Shown: positions 27,893-38,562 of the stretch, piece by piece
Numbering within the stretch: position 1 is the first letter of the stretch
Layout: each line of letters starts with the position of its first letter
Assembly: GCA_963699165.1 (NCBI GenBank)
Contig: OY969413.1
Span: forward strand, 660,562 to 724,561
Source: Candidatus Kaiserbacteria bacterium
GTDB lineage: Bacteria > Patescibacteriota > Minisyncoccia > Phycocordibacterales > Phycocordibacteraceae
Direction: 5' to 3'
DNA length: 64,000 bases
The notes under the pieces: model-generated
Database searches by the model: none
Told to the model about the DNA's origin: nothing
Seen by the model: only the letters and a program-made list of their open reading frames with translations
Made by a program: the position numbers and the translations under genes

Positions 27893-28023
27893 ACCAATCG
27901 CGTATTGCGCGGCTCGCGAAACGGTGGGGAGTTACTCCCACCGAAGCGGTGATGAGAGCCGTCGAGGACAAGACCTTCAAAGAGGGCCTCGTCCGGTAAG
28001 AGAGCTTAATCCCTGGAAAATGC

Positions 28024-28055
28024 GCCGGCGGCCAACCGCCGGTGTATTTATTTTT
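28024..28055. terminator. Terminator hairpin GCGCCGGCGG ccaa CCGCCGGTG followed by TATTTATTTTTTG.
   Basis: Read directly. Downstream of the DUF2339-like gene (minus) and outside the IS on the plus strand. Confidence 0.5.
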
Positions 28056-28101
28056 TGTAATGCACTCCGACCCTGCAGGCAACTTACGTTCGAAACGCCG
28101 C

Positions 28102-30375
28102 TTACAAACCTTCCGTCTGCGAAGGTTGCGGAGAATACGTTGCCGGTGCGGGCGCAGGAGTGGGAGTATCCGCTTGAAGGCCGACAAATGAGTGGATGCG
28201 CGACTTAAAGCGGAAGTAGAGATACCCAACGACAAGCAAGATGAGTCCGAGCGTGATGAAGGAGAAGAACCGATACAAATCGCTCAACTGAAGCGAGTCG
28301 TAGAGGAAGACCTTGAGAGTTGTGAGCGCAAAGAGCAAAATCGCGAGTTGGCGGGAGAAAGTTGAGCGCCGTGCAATACCGAGAAGAAGTCCAAGGATGC
28401 CGTAGAGGAGCCAGAAGACCGAGATGCTAAAGCGCTCCATAAAGTCGTTGCCGCCGAGCGCCGACAAACGATAGTAGGTTTGAATTTCAAATGTGAAAAC
28501 TAAAATGATGACCGCATTTGCGCATACCAAGAGGACCTGACGGACCGCGACGAACTCATCGGCAAAATCGCTTTCGGTTTTGAGCGTCGCATACATCACG
28601 GCGGCAAGTGCCGCCGTGGCTAGAGCACTGCCGATGTATAGATTGAAGAAAATGATGTGGTCGCCGCTGAAAGCAGCCGCGATGATGCTGAGCAGACTTG
28701 CAATACCGAGCGCTCCGTACCCGACGTAGCGGAGAGCTGCCTCGCGCGCACTTACCCCGAGCGCGTACATGCCAATCGTCACGAGCGCGAGCGCAACGAC
28801 ATCAGCCGCCAAAAATTCCTGAGTGGCGAGCGTAAGGCGATGGACTTCAAACAGAACCGCCGCAAGCGTCATGAGGTAGAAAAGTACGGCATCAATGACG
28901 CGAAACGTACGCACCGTTTCCTTGTCATAGGTCGGAGAACGCCAGAGGTGCGCTCCCCATGCGGCGCCAAGACTAATCGCGGAAAGAGCGAGGGTGAGCG
29001 TGCGTCCATTGAATACGAGCGGACCGTCCGGACTCGTAGTCGCCGCATAGATGAGCGCACCAAAGAGACCGACAATGAGAAGGAATTGGCCCAAATAGTA
29101 TTGAAAGCGATTATCAAATGTGAGCGCGCTTATGACGACGAGTGCGCCTTCTATTGCGAGCAATATGACACGAGTATCGCCTTCGAAATAATAGGCAAAG
29201 CCAATGGCGAGGAAAGCCGGCGCAATGAGCATCGCCATCTCGGCAAACTTTTTGAGGGCAATGTTTCCATCCGTAAACGCATGTACGACGATTCCCATAA
29301 GTCCATACGCGGCTGCAACGCCGAAGGCGAGAAGTCCCGAGTTCTCATTGCTGTTCAGGAGCGGCGAGAGGTAGACGAAAAACGCGAACGGAGTCGCATA
29401 GAGATTGAAACTCTGCCACGTCGTGTATTCGTTTTGCGAAGCGCTGAAGTTGAAAAGGGTCGAGAGCGTGAAGATGCCATAGAGTATTGAGACGAGCGGA
29501 ATCACGATGGAGAGCGAGACGGTATTCACCGCGGTCCACGAATAGAGTGCGAGCGTGGTGAAGACCAGTCCGGCCGTTACGATTTCAGGCCATTTACGGA
29601 AGTAACTTGCGAAGACAACCAAGAAAGCGAGCAATAACAAGGTCGCAAATCCGCCCGTTACGGAAAGCGCACCGATATAGAGGAAAATGCTCACGTATCC
29701 GCCCGCAAGAGCAACTGCCGCCAATTGCTTCGCATCGTACAAGAGAGCAAGCGCAACTCCGATGAACGCCACAAGCACCACGACCACAAAACTCGGGAAC
29801 GCCGGCAGAAGTGAATAGAGCGCATATGCCGCGTAGAACGATATATAAATAACACCAAGACCAAGACCGACGAGCGTAAGGCCGTAGCTGCGATATTTTT
29901 CTTTAAGCCAATGACCGATGCCAATCAGCACCAGCCCAAAGGCAACGCCGAGCATTATGCGCACGGGCTCCGATATAAGGTTGTTTGCAAATGCGTACCG
30001 GAAGAAGAATCCTATGCCAAGCAATACCGCGATTGCACCCGCACCAAGAAACCACTCGGAACCGATGGTGAATTCCGTGCTTTTACTCTCGCGTGCCGGC
30101 GCTTCCGCAAACTGTGTCGGCGGTTCTTCCGAAACGGCCGGTGTTGGCGCAGGAATTGGATGCGGCCCCGCCGCAGGCGGCAAAGGTACGACTGCAGACG
30201 GATGAACGCCCGGCGGTCGCCGCAATTTTTCTACCGTCTTTTCAAGCTGACCGACGCGCCCATAAAGAGGAATCACTATAAAAGCGAAAACGACGATGAG
30301 AAAAATTTCCATGGCGAGATGAAGACTCGACTTGACTGTAGCACGTCCGTACGCCGTCATTTTCATTATCCCCAA
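28102..30375 (-). CDS. Large polytopic membrane protein (757 aa): N-terminal coiled-coil/Pro-rich region then ~20 TM helices; DUF2339-like architecture.
   Basis: Hydropathy pattern by eye. Inserted between rpsJ and rplC. Confidence 0.6.
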   Translation of the reverse strand: MGIMKMTAYGRATVKSSLHLAMEIFLIVVFAFIVIPLYGRVGQLEKTVEKLRRPPGVHPSAVVPLPPAAGPHPIPAPTPAVSEEPPTQFAEAPARESKSTEFTIGSEWFLGAGAIAVLLGIGFFFRYAFANNLISEPVRIMLGVAFGLVLIGIGHWLKEKYRSYGLTLVGLGLGVIYISFYAAYALYSLLPAFPSFVVVVLVAFIGVALALLYDAKQLAAVALAGGYVSIFLYIGALSVTGGFATLLLLAFLVVFASYFRKWPEIVTAGLVFTTLALYSWTAVNTVSLSIVIPLVSILYGIFTLSTLFNFSASQNEYTTWQSFNLYATPFAFFVYLSPLLNSNENSGLLAFGVAAAYGLMGIVVHAFTDGNIALKKFAEMAMLIAPAFLAIGFAYYFEGDTRVILLAIEGALVVISALTFDNRFQYYLGQFLLIVGLFGALIYAATTSPDGPLVFNGRTLTLALSAISLGAAWGAHLWRSPTYDKETVRTFRVIDAVLFYLMTLAAVLFEVHRLTLATQEFLAADVVALALVTIGMYALGVSAREAALRYVGYGALGIASLLSIIAAAFSGDHIIFFNLYIGSALATAALAAVMYATLKTESDFADEFVAVRQVLLVCANAVIILVFTFEIQTYYRLSALGGNDFMERFSISVFWLLYGILGLLLGIARRSTFSRQLAILLFALTTLKVFLYDSLQLSDLYRFFSFITLGLILLVVGYLYFRFKSRIHSFVGLQADTPTPAPAPATYSPQPSQTEGL

Positions 30376-30435
30376 AGCAAAAGCCCCCTTGATGTAATCG
30401 CCGGGGCCCCGCGACGGACGGGTCTACCGTTCGTC

Positions 30436-30618
30436 TTACGATGAGTTCGGCCGATGGCGTCCCTGCCTCGTTAAAACGACGAAGTTGCCGGACGCAATTT
30501 CACCTTCTCCCCGCCTAATTGCCTCCTGAACGCGAGGGTCTGCAAGCAATGCCGCGTCACGTTTTTTCCGTTCCTCCATGAGATTCTTTTCGGTTTGTTT
30601 GCTTTTATCCATCTGCAT
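30436..30618 (-). CDS. Small basic hypothetical protein (~60 aa: MQMDKSKQTEKNLMEERKKRDAALLADPRVQEAIRRGEGEIASGNFVVLTRQ...).
   Basis: ORF track only. Confidence 0.25.
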   Translation of the reverse strand: MQMDKSKQTEKNLMEERKKRDAALLADPRVQEAIRRGEGEIASGNFVVLTRQGRHRPNSS

Positions 30619-30940
30619 GTTTCTCCCTGAATGGTGCTGCCTAGAGGACAATTATACCTCATGAAAACAAAGCCGCCCGTAAGGGCGGCTTTGTTTTGTT
30701 CTTGGCTGTCTTTAGAATTTCAGGGGTTTCAAAAATACTGCAGATACGAGGCGCGCGACGTAAATTTCTGGAGTTGTACTTTTGGTACGACGGAAGAAAT
30801 TTCCGGAACTGCAACGAAGCAGGTGCGGTATTTTTGGAAACCCTAGTGCGAGTGCGAAAAGAATGTTTCGAGGGAGTCGGGCGTGTTCATCTCTCCCGAA
30901 AAACATTCTTTCCGCACATCGACGCAATCTTTACCCCAGT

Positions 30941-30975
30941 ACCACAAACGCCGCCCTCGGAAGGGCGGCGTTTGG
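30941..30975 (-). terminator. Hairpin AAACGCCGCCCT tcggaa AGGGCGGCGTTT about 30 nt downstream of rpsJ.
   Basis: 12-bp perfect stem. Weak U-run on the minus strand. Confidence 0.4.
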
Positions 30976-31002
30976 CTACGGGACAGGCGTCTTGGCAATC
31001 GC

Positions 31003-31392
31003 CTACACCATTTTCACATCGATAGTGACTCCGGACGGGAGATTGAGGTTCGTGAGGGCCTCAATTACCTTTGGGGCCGGGTTCATGATGTCGATAAGGC
31101 GCTTATGGATGCGCATTTCAAACTGCTCGCGCGCGTCTTTGTGGACGAAGGTCGAGCGGTTGACCGTCCAGCGCTTGATTTCGGTCGGAAGCGGCACGGG
31201 GCCGACGACGACTGCATCAAGGCGGGCTGCGGTATCCATAATCTGCTTCACCGAAAGGTCGAGAATCTTGTGCTCATAGGCGCGAACGCGAATCCGCAGC
31301 TTGTGCTCGGCAACAACCGGAGCTGCTGCTTTCTTCGCGACACGTTTCGGTGCGCTTTTTGCGTCAGATTTTGCTTTTGCAACGGTTGCCAT
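31003..31392 (-). CDS. rpsJ: 30S ribosomal protein S10 with a Lys/Ala-rich N-terminal extension.
   Basis: S10 core HKLRIRVRAYEHKILDLSVKQIMDTAARLDAVVVGPVPLPTEIKRWTVNRSTFVHKDAREQFEMRIHKRLIDI. Confidence 0.9.
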   Translation of the reverse strand: MATVAKAKSDAKSAPKRVAKKAAAPVVAEHKLRIRVRAYEHKILDLSVKQIMDTAARLDAVVVGPVPLPTEIKRWTVNRSTFVHKDAREQFEMRIHKRLIDIMNPAPKVIEALTNLNLPSGVTIDVKMV

Positions 31393-31419
31393 ATGAGTAG
31401 TGATTCGGTTGCTACTGGC

Positions 31420-32619
<1,200 letters not shown>

Positions 32620-32951
32620 AATCGGATAATTTAGTTAGTAATTCACGAAATAAATCCGACGTGAGTCGGAACAAACTCCAAACCCTTCACACTAAGATGG
32701 CGTTGTCCTGCGACAAAACTCTCGATTTTGAGAAATATGTTAGCGCCTACACTTTACGCCAGCTTGAAAGGTGGCGCACTGCAGGACGCTAAGTCGCGAC
32801 GCCATCTTGTGTGCGGGGCAAAGAGCGACGCCAAGATGCGTTATAGGCACTATACGAGAAGCTGTGAGGAAATGCAAGAACAGGAATCTGAATTTACCGA
32901 TACAAGGCCTAAAACAAAAATGCGGGATTGCTCGTGTGCTTTTGGACAAGC

Positions 32952-33581
32952 TTATTTATTCAAAAATTTGAAACTTTGCCAGACACGCTTCGTTTCGTCA
33001 GGCGAAAGGTTGGTGATTATTCCGCTCCACAGTTGTTTATTGTAGTAGAAAAGCACGTCAGTATTCGGATATTCTCCGATTTGAAATTCTGGGGCTTCCT
33101 TGGAAATTCCAAATTTCACGTTATCGACTATTTGATACTTGAGATTTGGATAAGCAAATCCGGGAGATGGCTGGCTATGAACGAAGGACACGAAATCTTC
33201 TACGGAAGAAAACTGCTTTGGGTAAATGGTAAAAAGTATATTTTTGTAGTTTCCAGCGGCAGTTGGCGCAGAAATATTATTGTTAGCGATAACGATAGTG
33301 GAGGTGCCGGCCGGACCGTTCATTATTAAGTGAATTTCATTTGACGGATATTCGAATGAGAAACCATATGCCGTATCGGTATATTGCGACCAACCTCCTC
33401 CAATATCAGTCACGGTCGCATTCGCGTTTTGTACGTTCTGAGTATTTGGTATTGCCTTAATGCCAGAAACTTGAGATGCACCCTCGGTAGGACTTTTCGA
33501 GATAATTTTGGAATACAAAACCGAGCATACTACTGCGATAAGTAACAGGGCAACGATTGTGGGGGCAGTATAGTTTCTCAT
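32952..33581 (-). CDS. N-terminally anchored secreted protein, family A (GGGWSQYTDTAYGFSFEYPSNEI ... SFKFLN).
   Basis: TM anchor plus conserved motif shared with 36202..36879. Confidence 0.55.
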   Translation of the reverse strand: MRNYTAPTIVALLLIAVVCSVLYSKIISKSPTEGASQVSGIKAIPNTQNVQNANATVTDIGGGWSQYTDTAYGFSFEYPSNEIHLIMNGPAGTSTIVIANNNISAPTAAGNYKNILFTIYPKQFSSVEDFVSFVHSQPSPGFAYPNLKYQIVDNVKFGISKEAPEFQIGEYPNTDVLFYYNKQLWSGIITNLSPDETKRVWQSFKFLNK

Positions 33582-33710
33582 GAATTTAACTAGAAACTGG
33601 GCAGCACTTTCATGCTGCCCAGAGTAACACGGACTAAATCCTCTTGTCGCATTGTGAATTTGGCAATTTAGTAAAAGGGCGGTGCCTGTTTTTTTAAAAC
33701 TCTCGTTGCA

Positions 33711-34379
33711 CTAAAACGAAAATGTAAGTTCTCGCACTTTCTTTGGTACGCCCTGTACCCACACGTATGTGTTGATGGTGAAAGAAGTATCGGTATGCGT
33801 TGCTTGTAGATCTTGCTCGCCTCCCATGCAACCGCCGCAATGATCGTATGTCTCATTGCCAGACAGCTTCGCTCCAGGTAGTTGGGTTTCTGACGACTGA
33901 TCCGGCTTATATGTATAGATGTTTTGGCCTTCTACATATACCGCAACTTTGTCAGTTTTAAATAAGGGTTCCCCGGAAATATATGAATCAGATGTTTGAG
34001 ACATGGAATCAAGAATCTGAATCGGGGCAGGGTTGTCAGTCGGCCGCACGACACTAAAAGCCACATATCGCTTACCTACCGCCGACAACGCAATCCCGTT
34101 CTGCAAATAATATTCTTGATTGTTGGGCTCTTGGGCAAGAAGAATGGCTATAATATCTTTTTCAATTCTGTGGAGAACGTCAGCAGAGAGTGTGGTGTGT
34201 TCGTCAATAAATTGTGGTGTGATTCCCTGCAAGTCAGATTGAAGTTGTGCAGATGCGGCTTGAGCAACAGGCGGGACAGAAATAGTTGTCGTAGAAGAAT
34301 GCAACTTCCATATCGCAAAAACGCAGACAAGCATGGCCGCAGCGATAATAATAACGGCAAGAAGAAAATATTTTTTCAT
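33711..34379 (-). CDS. N-terminally anchored secreted protein, family B (C-terminal LSGNETY ... motif).
   Basis: TM anchor. C-terminal ~120 aa paralogous to 34857..36122. Confidence 0.55.
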   Translation of the reverse strand: MKKYFLLAVIIIAAAMLVCVFAIWKLHSSTTTISVPPVAQAASAQLQSDLQGITPQFIDEHTTLSADVLHRIEKDIIAILLAQEPNNQEYYLQNGIALSAVGKRYVAFSVVRPTDNPAPIQILDSMSQTSDSYISGEPLFKTDKVAVYVEGQNIYTYKPDQSSETQLPGAKLSGNETYDHCGGCMGGEQDLQATHTDTSFTINTYVWVQGVPKKVRELTFSF

Positions 34380-34390
34380 AAAGTTGTTTC

Positions 34391-34852
34391 CTATTTTGTC
34401 GGGGCAGTGATAACGTCCTGCGGGTTTGGGCGAACAATAAAATGCACTATGTAATCAGGCATATCTTTTATTGCACTTTTTACCGTCAAATCCACTTCTC
34501 CGTTACCGTCAAATTCATTATAGTAAGACCAACATGCCGGAGTTGCTTCAGAAGCAAATCCCGGAAGTCCGCCATTGGAAATATATCCTGCGGTTGCGTT
34601 ACCGCTCACTGTTTTGAATTGCAGATTATGATCTTTATCGGGATACACGTCTTTGGGCAGATTGATGAATAATCTCGTCGTATCAATTACATTCTGCGTT
34701 GACCCGTTCGGGATGCCGCCGCACAGAAGCACTTTCGCATCGTCGGATGGGATAGAAGTGGGAGTATGCAATTTCAATATTGCAAAAATACAAGCCAGCA
34801 CGGCGAGCACAACGACGGCGACGAGTATTATCTTTGTATTAGTGACTTTCAT
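34391..34852 (-). CDS. N-terminally anchored small secreted protein (154 aa).
   Basis: TM anchor MKVTNTKIILVAVVVLAVLACIFAIL. Confidence 0.45.
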   Translation of the reverse strand: MKVTNTKIILVAVVVLAVLACIFAILKLHTPTSIPSDDAKVLLCGGIPNGSTQNVIDTTRLFINLPKDVYPDKDHNLQFKTVSGNATAGYISNGGLPGFASEATPACWSYYNEFDGNGEVDLTVKSAIKDMPDYIVHFIVRPNPQDVITAPTK

Positions 34853-34856
34853 ATCT

Positions 34857-36122
34857 TTACTGGAACGAAAGCGTCTTTTGCCCAACCTTTGCATACATAT
34901 TGCCTCCGTCCGGATTAGGTACCAACGTGCTTGAGTCATAGGTAACTATGGTAATGCTGCTGTTCGTATGTGTCTCCCGCAGCGTGATTGGGCCCATGCC
35001 ATCGAGTACGCCAAGGTACGTTTCATTTCCCGAAAGCTGCGAACCTGCAACAAGGGTGGTTGTTGATTGATCGAGTGAGTAGGTATACAGAGCCTGGGTC
35101 GTGACATACAGCGCAATGTTTCTCTTGGGTGCGAGATACAAAGCGATGTTGCCCGGTATCGGTGTAATTTCTCCGTTTTGAGAATCGAGAATTGCGTCAC
35201 TCGATTTGTCTGCGCCCGATTGGGTGAAAAGAATGTACCGCTTACCGATAGCATCGAGCCATATGTCGAATTGGAGCATCTTCTCCGGACTAAGAGGAGG
35301 ATTGTTCGGAAACGCCGCAGAATATTGGGAGCTCATCACTATGGCGACATCCGTAGCTATTTTTTTCTCTTCGGCAGTCAAATTCTGCTCCTGCTGCCAC
35401 GTTGGGACAATGAAATGAGGTGTGACGGGGAGCAAATCCGTCCGCAATTGAGAAAGCGCAACATCATCGGGTGAAGGTTCCGTGGAAGTGCTGAACGCAA
35501 ACGTGCCAATCATTTCTTCGGCACTTTTGTCATAGAGAGGATACCGGATGAGAAGTTTAGTGCCATCGTTATTTTCGACGGTTATAAGATTTTGCGTAAC
35601 GCCGTCCGGAATGATACTGCCATTCCCTTCGGCAGTGTTCGTAAATCCTTTGGTGAGCGAAAAGGAATACGCTCGGTGTCCCGCAAAAGTTATCGGTACG
35701 AGAGCGCCTATCTGCCGGTCTTTTAGGTTCGGGTTCGAATCGTCAACTTGATACTGCCGAAGCGTCGAAGCGAACTGCTGAAGCGGTTCTGCTAGTAGGT
35801 CATCGTATTCTTTACCGGAATGCAGTCCCGTCGCGAATGCTTGTATGTCGATTTCGGTCGTGGTTCCCGGCAAGTAAATCATTGCGTAAGAGGTTTTGTT
35901 TTGAGATTCGTTCTCTTCTTCTATAAAACGATCGACTAGAGAACCTGGCGCATATTTTATCGAATATTTATAGGCGGTGTTGCTGTATATCGACCACGAA
36001 GCAGTATCGACGGTTGCCGTGACTGCGTGAAATTCCCACACCGCAATACACACAAGACCCGCGATAATCGCGAGCGATGCAATTAGAATGATGGGTTTTT
36101 TGTTTTTTGTGGAAAGGGCCAT
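34857..36122 (-). CDS. N-terminally anchored secreted protein, family B (421 aa).
   Basis: TM anchor. C-terminal paralogy with 33711..34379 (GKRYI.F, LSGNETY, TLSF). Confidence 0.55.
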   Translation of the reverse strand: MALSTKNKKPIILIASLAIIAGLVCIAVWEFHAVTATVDTASWSIYSNTAYKYSIKYAPGSLVDRFIEEENESQNKTSYAMIYLPGTTTEIDIQAFATGLHSGKEYDDLLAEPLQQFASTLRQYQVDDSNPNLKDRQIGALVPITFAGHRAYSFSLTKGFTNTAEGNGSIIPDGVTQNLITVENNDGTKLLIRYPLYDKSAEEMIGTFAFSTSTEPSPDDVALSQLRTDLLPVTPHFIVPTWQQEQNLTAEEKKIATDVAIVMSSQYSAAFPNNPPLSPEKMLQFDIWLDAIGKRYILFTQSGADKSSDAILDSQNGEITPIPGNIALYLAPKRNIALYVTTQALYTYSLDQSTTTLVAGSQLSGNETYLGVLDGMGPITLRETHTNSSITIVTYDSSTLVPNPDGGNMYAKVGQKTLSFQ

Positions 36123-36201
36123 ATATTGAAGCCGAGAGGTATGAGATAAGTATACAGAATAGGGAGGTCTCCGATGATAGGAATGTCAAAAAATCCGGCA
36201 C

Positions 36202-36879
36202 CTATTCTCTGTTGAGAAAAGCTATACTCTTTACCATGCGCTGTGTATCGGCTTGAGAAAAACCGCCGATACTCATGAACACCTCTTTATTCTTATGCAT
36301 ATAAATTAAGTTCGTTTCCGGAGGTTGGTCCCATTTATCCGTTTTCGTGATGTAATCGTCCGGCGCAAGAGAACTAAAAATTAATACCCTGACGCCATTC
36401 ATCGTTTCAAACCTAAGGTTCGGAAACTCATCGCTAAGGAGCAGTCCGCGCTTGAGAATTTGGGCCTGCTGTTCAGCAAGCCAGTTATCAATCGTCCCTA
36501 ACCCATCCGTCGATGTTGCAGAAATTTCAATTTCTTTAAAATCTGTTCCCGGTGAAGCGGAATTTACAAAATTGTCCATTTGCATAAAACTCGCATTAAA
36601 GTCGGCGGGATTACTCCCCCAATTCTGACGAATTTCATCTGACGGATACTCGAACGACATGTCCAACGCCGTATTTGTATATCGCGACCATCCTCCGCCC
36701 AAGTCCTGCAAGCTTCCAAATGTCTTCAGGTCTTGCACCGGCGTCGGAATTTTTTGCGCATCCAAAGTATTCAAAGCATTTTGCCGGTACAAAAGAGCGG
36801 CCTCGGTGCCAAGAAGCAATACAAGGAACATCAGCACATAGAAAATATTGCTTCCCACTGGTTTATTAAAAAATCGCAT
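36202..36879 (-). CDS. N-terminally anchored secreted protein, family A (GGGWSRYTNTALDMSFEYPSDEI ... SIAFLN).
   Basis: Paralog of 32952..33581. Confidence 0.55.
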   Translation of the reverse strand: MRFFNKPVGSNIFYVLMFLVLLLGTEAALLYRQNALNTLDAQKIPTPVQDLKTFGSLQDLGGGWSRYTNTALDMSFEYPSDEIRQNWGSNPADFNASFMQMDNFVNSASPGTDFKEIEISATSTDGLGTIDNWLAEQQAQILKRGLLLSDEFPNLRFETMNGVRVLIFSSLAPDDYITKTDKWDQPPETNLIYMHKNKEVFMSIGGFSQADTQRMVKSIAFLNRE

Positions 36880-36967
36880 GACGACATGCTAGCACGATAG
36901 ACGAATCATAAGCGCCGAAAAATTTCTATGCTTATATCCAAGCTTGACCCTCGTAAAGTACCTTAAC

Positions 36968-37210
36968 TTATTTTGGCCAAGCAAGATAAATTTGAACTCC
37001 AGAAGCAGTAATTGATAAAATTATCGCGATGATTGCAATTGTCAGTGAGTAGACCGCGAATCTTTTTGATGACCTTGAATCTTCTAACGAAATCCTCCTC
37101 AGGAGTTCGTATGACGCTAGAACGCCGTGCGAAGGATCGCTTATGTTGATGTACTCCAGCAATTCCGTTTCTGTAAGATTTTGAATTGGTTTGCCAAAAT
37201 TGTTTATCAT
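36968..37210 (-). CDS. Small protein with a C-terminal TM helix (80 aa).
   Basis: ORF track. Hydrophobic C-terminus. Confidence 0.3.
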   Translation of the reverse strand: MINNFGKPIQNLTETELLEYINISDPSHGVLASYELLRRISLEDSRSSKRFAVYSLTIAIIAIILSITASGVQIYLAWPK

Positions 37211-37404
37211 TTTAATTCTTCGTGGTCAGTATTATAATCCAAATACAAGAGAATAGGGGTTTGGGGAGCTTTATTGTTTAACCATTTCCAGAGGTTTCAA
37301 TGCGGACAAAGCCGCGGTAAAATTGTATATATGAAAATCGTAAAAATTGTGGTCGGGAAAGATGATGATATTTTCGGGCTTGGCGACGATAATCTCATGT
37401 ACAT

Positions 37405-37653
37405 TTGGAATCAGTATTCAGCGTCTTGGGATTTGATCTCAGTCAAAAAGCCATGAAAGGAGTAGGCGGGGCAATCCTTTTTGGATTTGGGCTACTTGGG
37501 CTAATCGGAACTCAACAGAAAGAATTGGGGCTGTTGTGGCTCTGTATATTCATGGCCATTTTTGCAGTTGGACTTTATTTTTGGGTGGACGATATGTTAG
37601 ACACGAAATTAGAAAAATTAAAGAAAGAGATTCTCTCGGAAATCGGACATTAA
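37405..37653 (+). CDS. Small two-TM membrane protein (82 aa).
   Basis: ORF track. Two hydrophobic helices. Confidence 0.3.
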   Translation: MESVFSVLGFDLSQKAMKGVGGAILFGFGLLGLIGTQQKELGLLWLCIFMAIFAVGLYFWVDDMLDTKLEKLKKEILSEIGH

Positions 37654-37844
37654 GGTATCATTTGTATTTTCCCCGTTAAGAAGTAATTTCAGCACGCAAT
37701 GACCCCTTTACCACAACACCGCCGGATTACCGGCGGTGTTGTGATGCGCGGCAGGTGTCCGCCGCGTTGGTTTACTTTCTGGACGCGATTTTTTGATTAC
37801 GAGGCTCGACCTCATAAAAAACGGAGTGCCACGCGGACTTATCT

Positions 37845-38201
37845 CTAATTTTTTATCTCGGGAATCGGATGTTCTTCGAGGTACTTCGCGAGCGGCGCTT
37901 CAGTCTCGTGCAATTTTGAAATGACGTCATTCCACACGAGCGACAGCAAAATTTCATAATATTCATGTACGACAACATCCCGAAAGCCGGCGATTTTCTT
38001 CCACGGCAAATCTATTTCGGCTCTTGCTTCTTCGGAAACGCGTTTCGCCGTCTCGCCTATCTGTTGCAATTGCATCAAAACGGCATCTTGGGTTTTGCTG
38101 TCCTCGAGAAACTCTTCGTACCTTTGCGTGCCAACATACTGTCGTATGTGCGATATGCATTCGAGCATTTGAGCAATGTACGGACTATCACTCTTTTTCA
38201 T
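37845..38201 (-). CDS. hepT: HepT-like HEPN toxin (DUF86) of a HepT/MntA type VII toxin-antitoxin pair.
   Basis: Rx4HxY motif FRDVVVHEY. Overlaps the end of the upstream MNT gene by 14 nt. Confidence 0.75.
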   Translation of the reverse strand: MKKSDSPYIAQMLECISHIRQYVGTQRYEEFLEDSKTQDAVLMQLQQIGETAKRVSEEARAEIDLPWKKIAGFRDVVVHEYYEILLSLVWNDVISKLHETEAPLAKYLEEHPIPEIKN

Positions 38202-38484
38202 ACAGCATTTTGAGTTCCGGAACGATGTAGGGACGCATAAATTTATTGATAGTTCCTTCGGCCACAACATCGACTTCCCGCTCGAGATTTTGCTCAAGCT
38301 GTTCTTTCAAGTCCATATATGAATACAATCCCATCTGCGGGTCGATTTTAACGAGAATGTCGACATCGCTTTTCGGAGTCGCTTCACCACGCGCAAAAGA
38401 ACCGAATATTTGCGCACGCGTTACGCCGTACTTCTCAAATACGGGGCGTGCCTTTTCTGCGATTTCATCCACTGTCGGTTGCAT
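38188..38484 (-). CDS. mntA: MntA-like minimal nucleotidyltransferase antitoxin (Pol-beta superfamily).
   Basis: GSFARGEATPKSDVDILV nucleotidyltransferase motif. Confidence 0.8.
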   Translation of the reverse strand: MQPTVDEIAEKARPVFEKYGVTRAQIFGSFARGEATPKSDVDILVKIDPQMGLYSYMDLKEQLEQNLEREVDVVAEGTINKFMRPYIVPELKMLYEKE

Positions 38485-38500
38485 GAGCGGATTTTACCAT

Positions 38501-38543
38501 AAAACACATGCGTGACCGGCGAAGCCGGTCACGCATGTGTTTT
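38501..38543. terminator. Perfect 20-bp hairpin AAAACACATGCGTGACCGGC gaa GCCGGTCACGCATGTGTTTT between fusA and mntA.
   Basis: Read directly. T-runs on both sides. Confidence 0.6.
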
Positions 38544-38562
38544 CTATTTTGTTTGCGATGGT

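Noticed and set aside
27861-28235. 124-aa minus-strand ORF
   Set aside because: Overlaps the terminator and the 3' end of the DUF2339-like gene in another frame. Arg-rich and low-complexity.
32620-32951. Possible tRNA genes upstream of tuf, as in many bacteria
   Set aside because: No GTTCGAATC-type T-loop, no cloverleaf-compatible inverted repeats and no CCA ends found in either strand. Only a loose long-range inverted repeat (AAGATGGCGT ... ACGCCATCTT) of uncertain meaning.
37274-37456. 60-aa ORF MFNHFQRFQ...KIVKIVVGKDDDIFGLGDDNLMYIW
   Set aside because: Short, no signal or TM helix, overlaps the start of the 37405 membrane ORF. Insufficient support.
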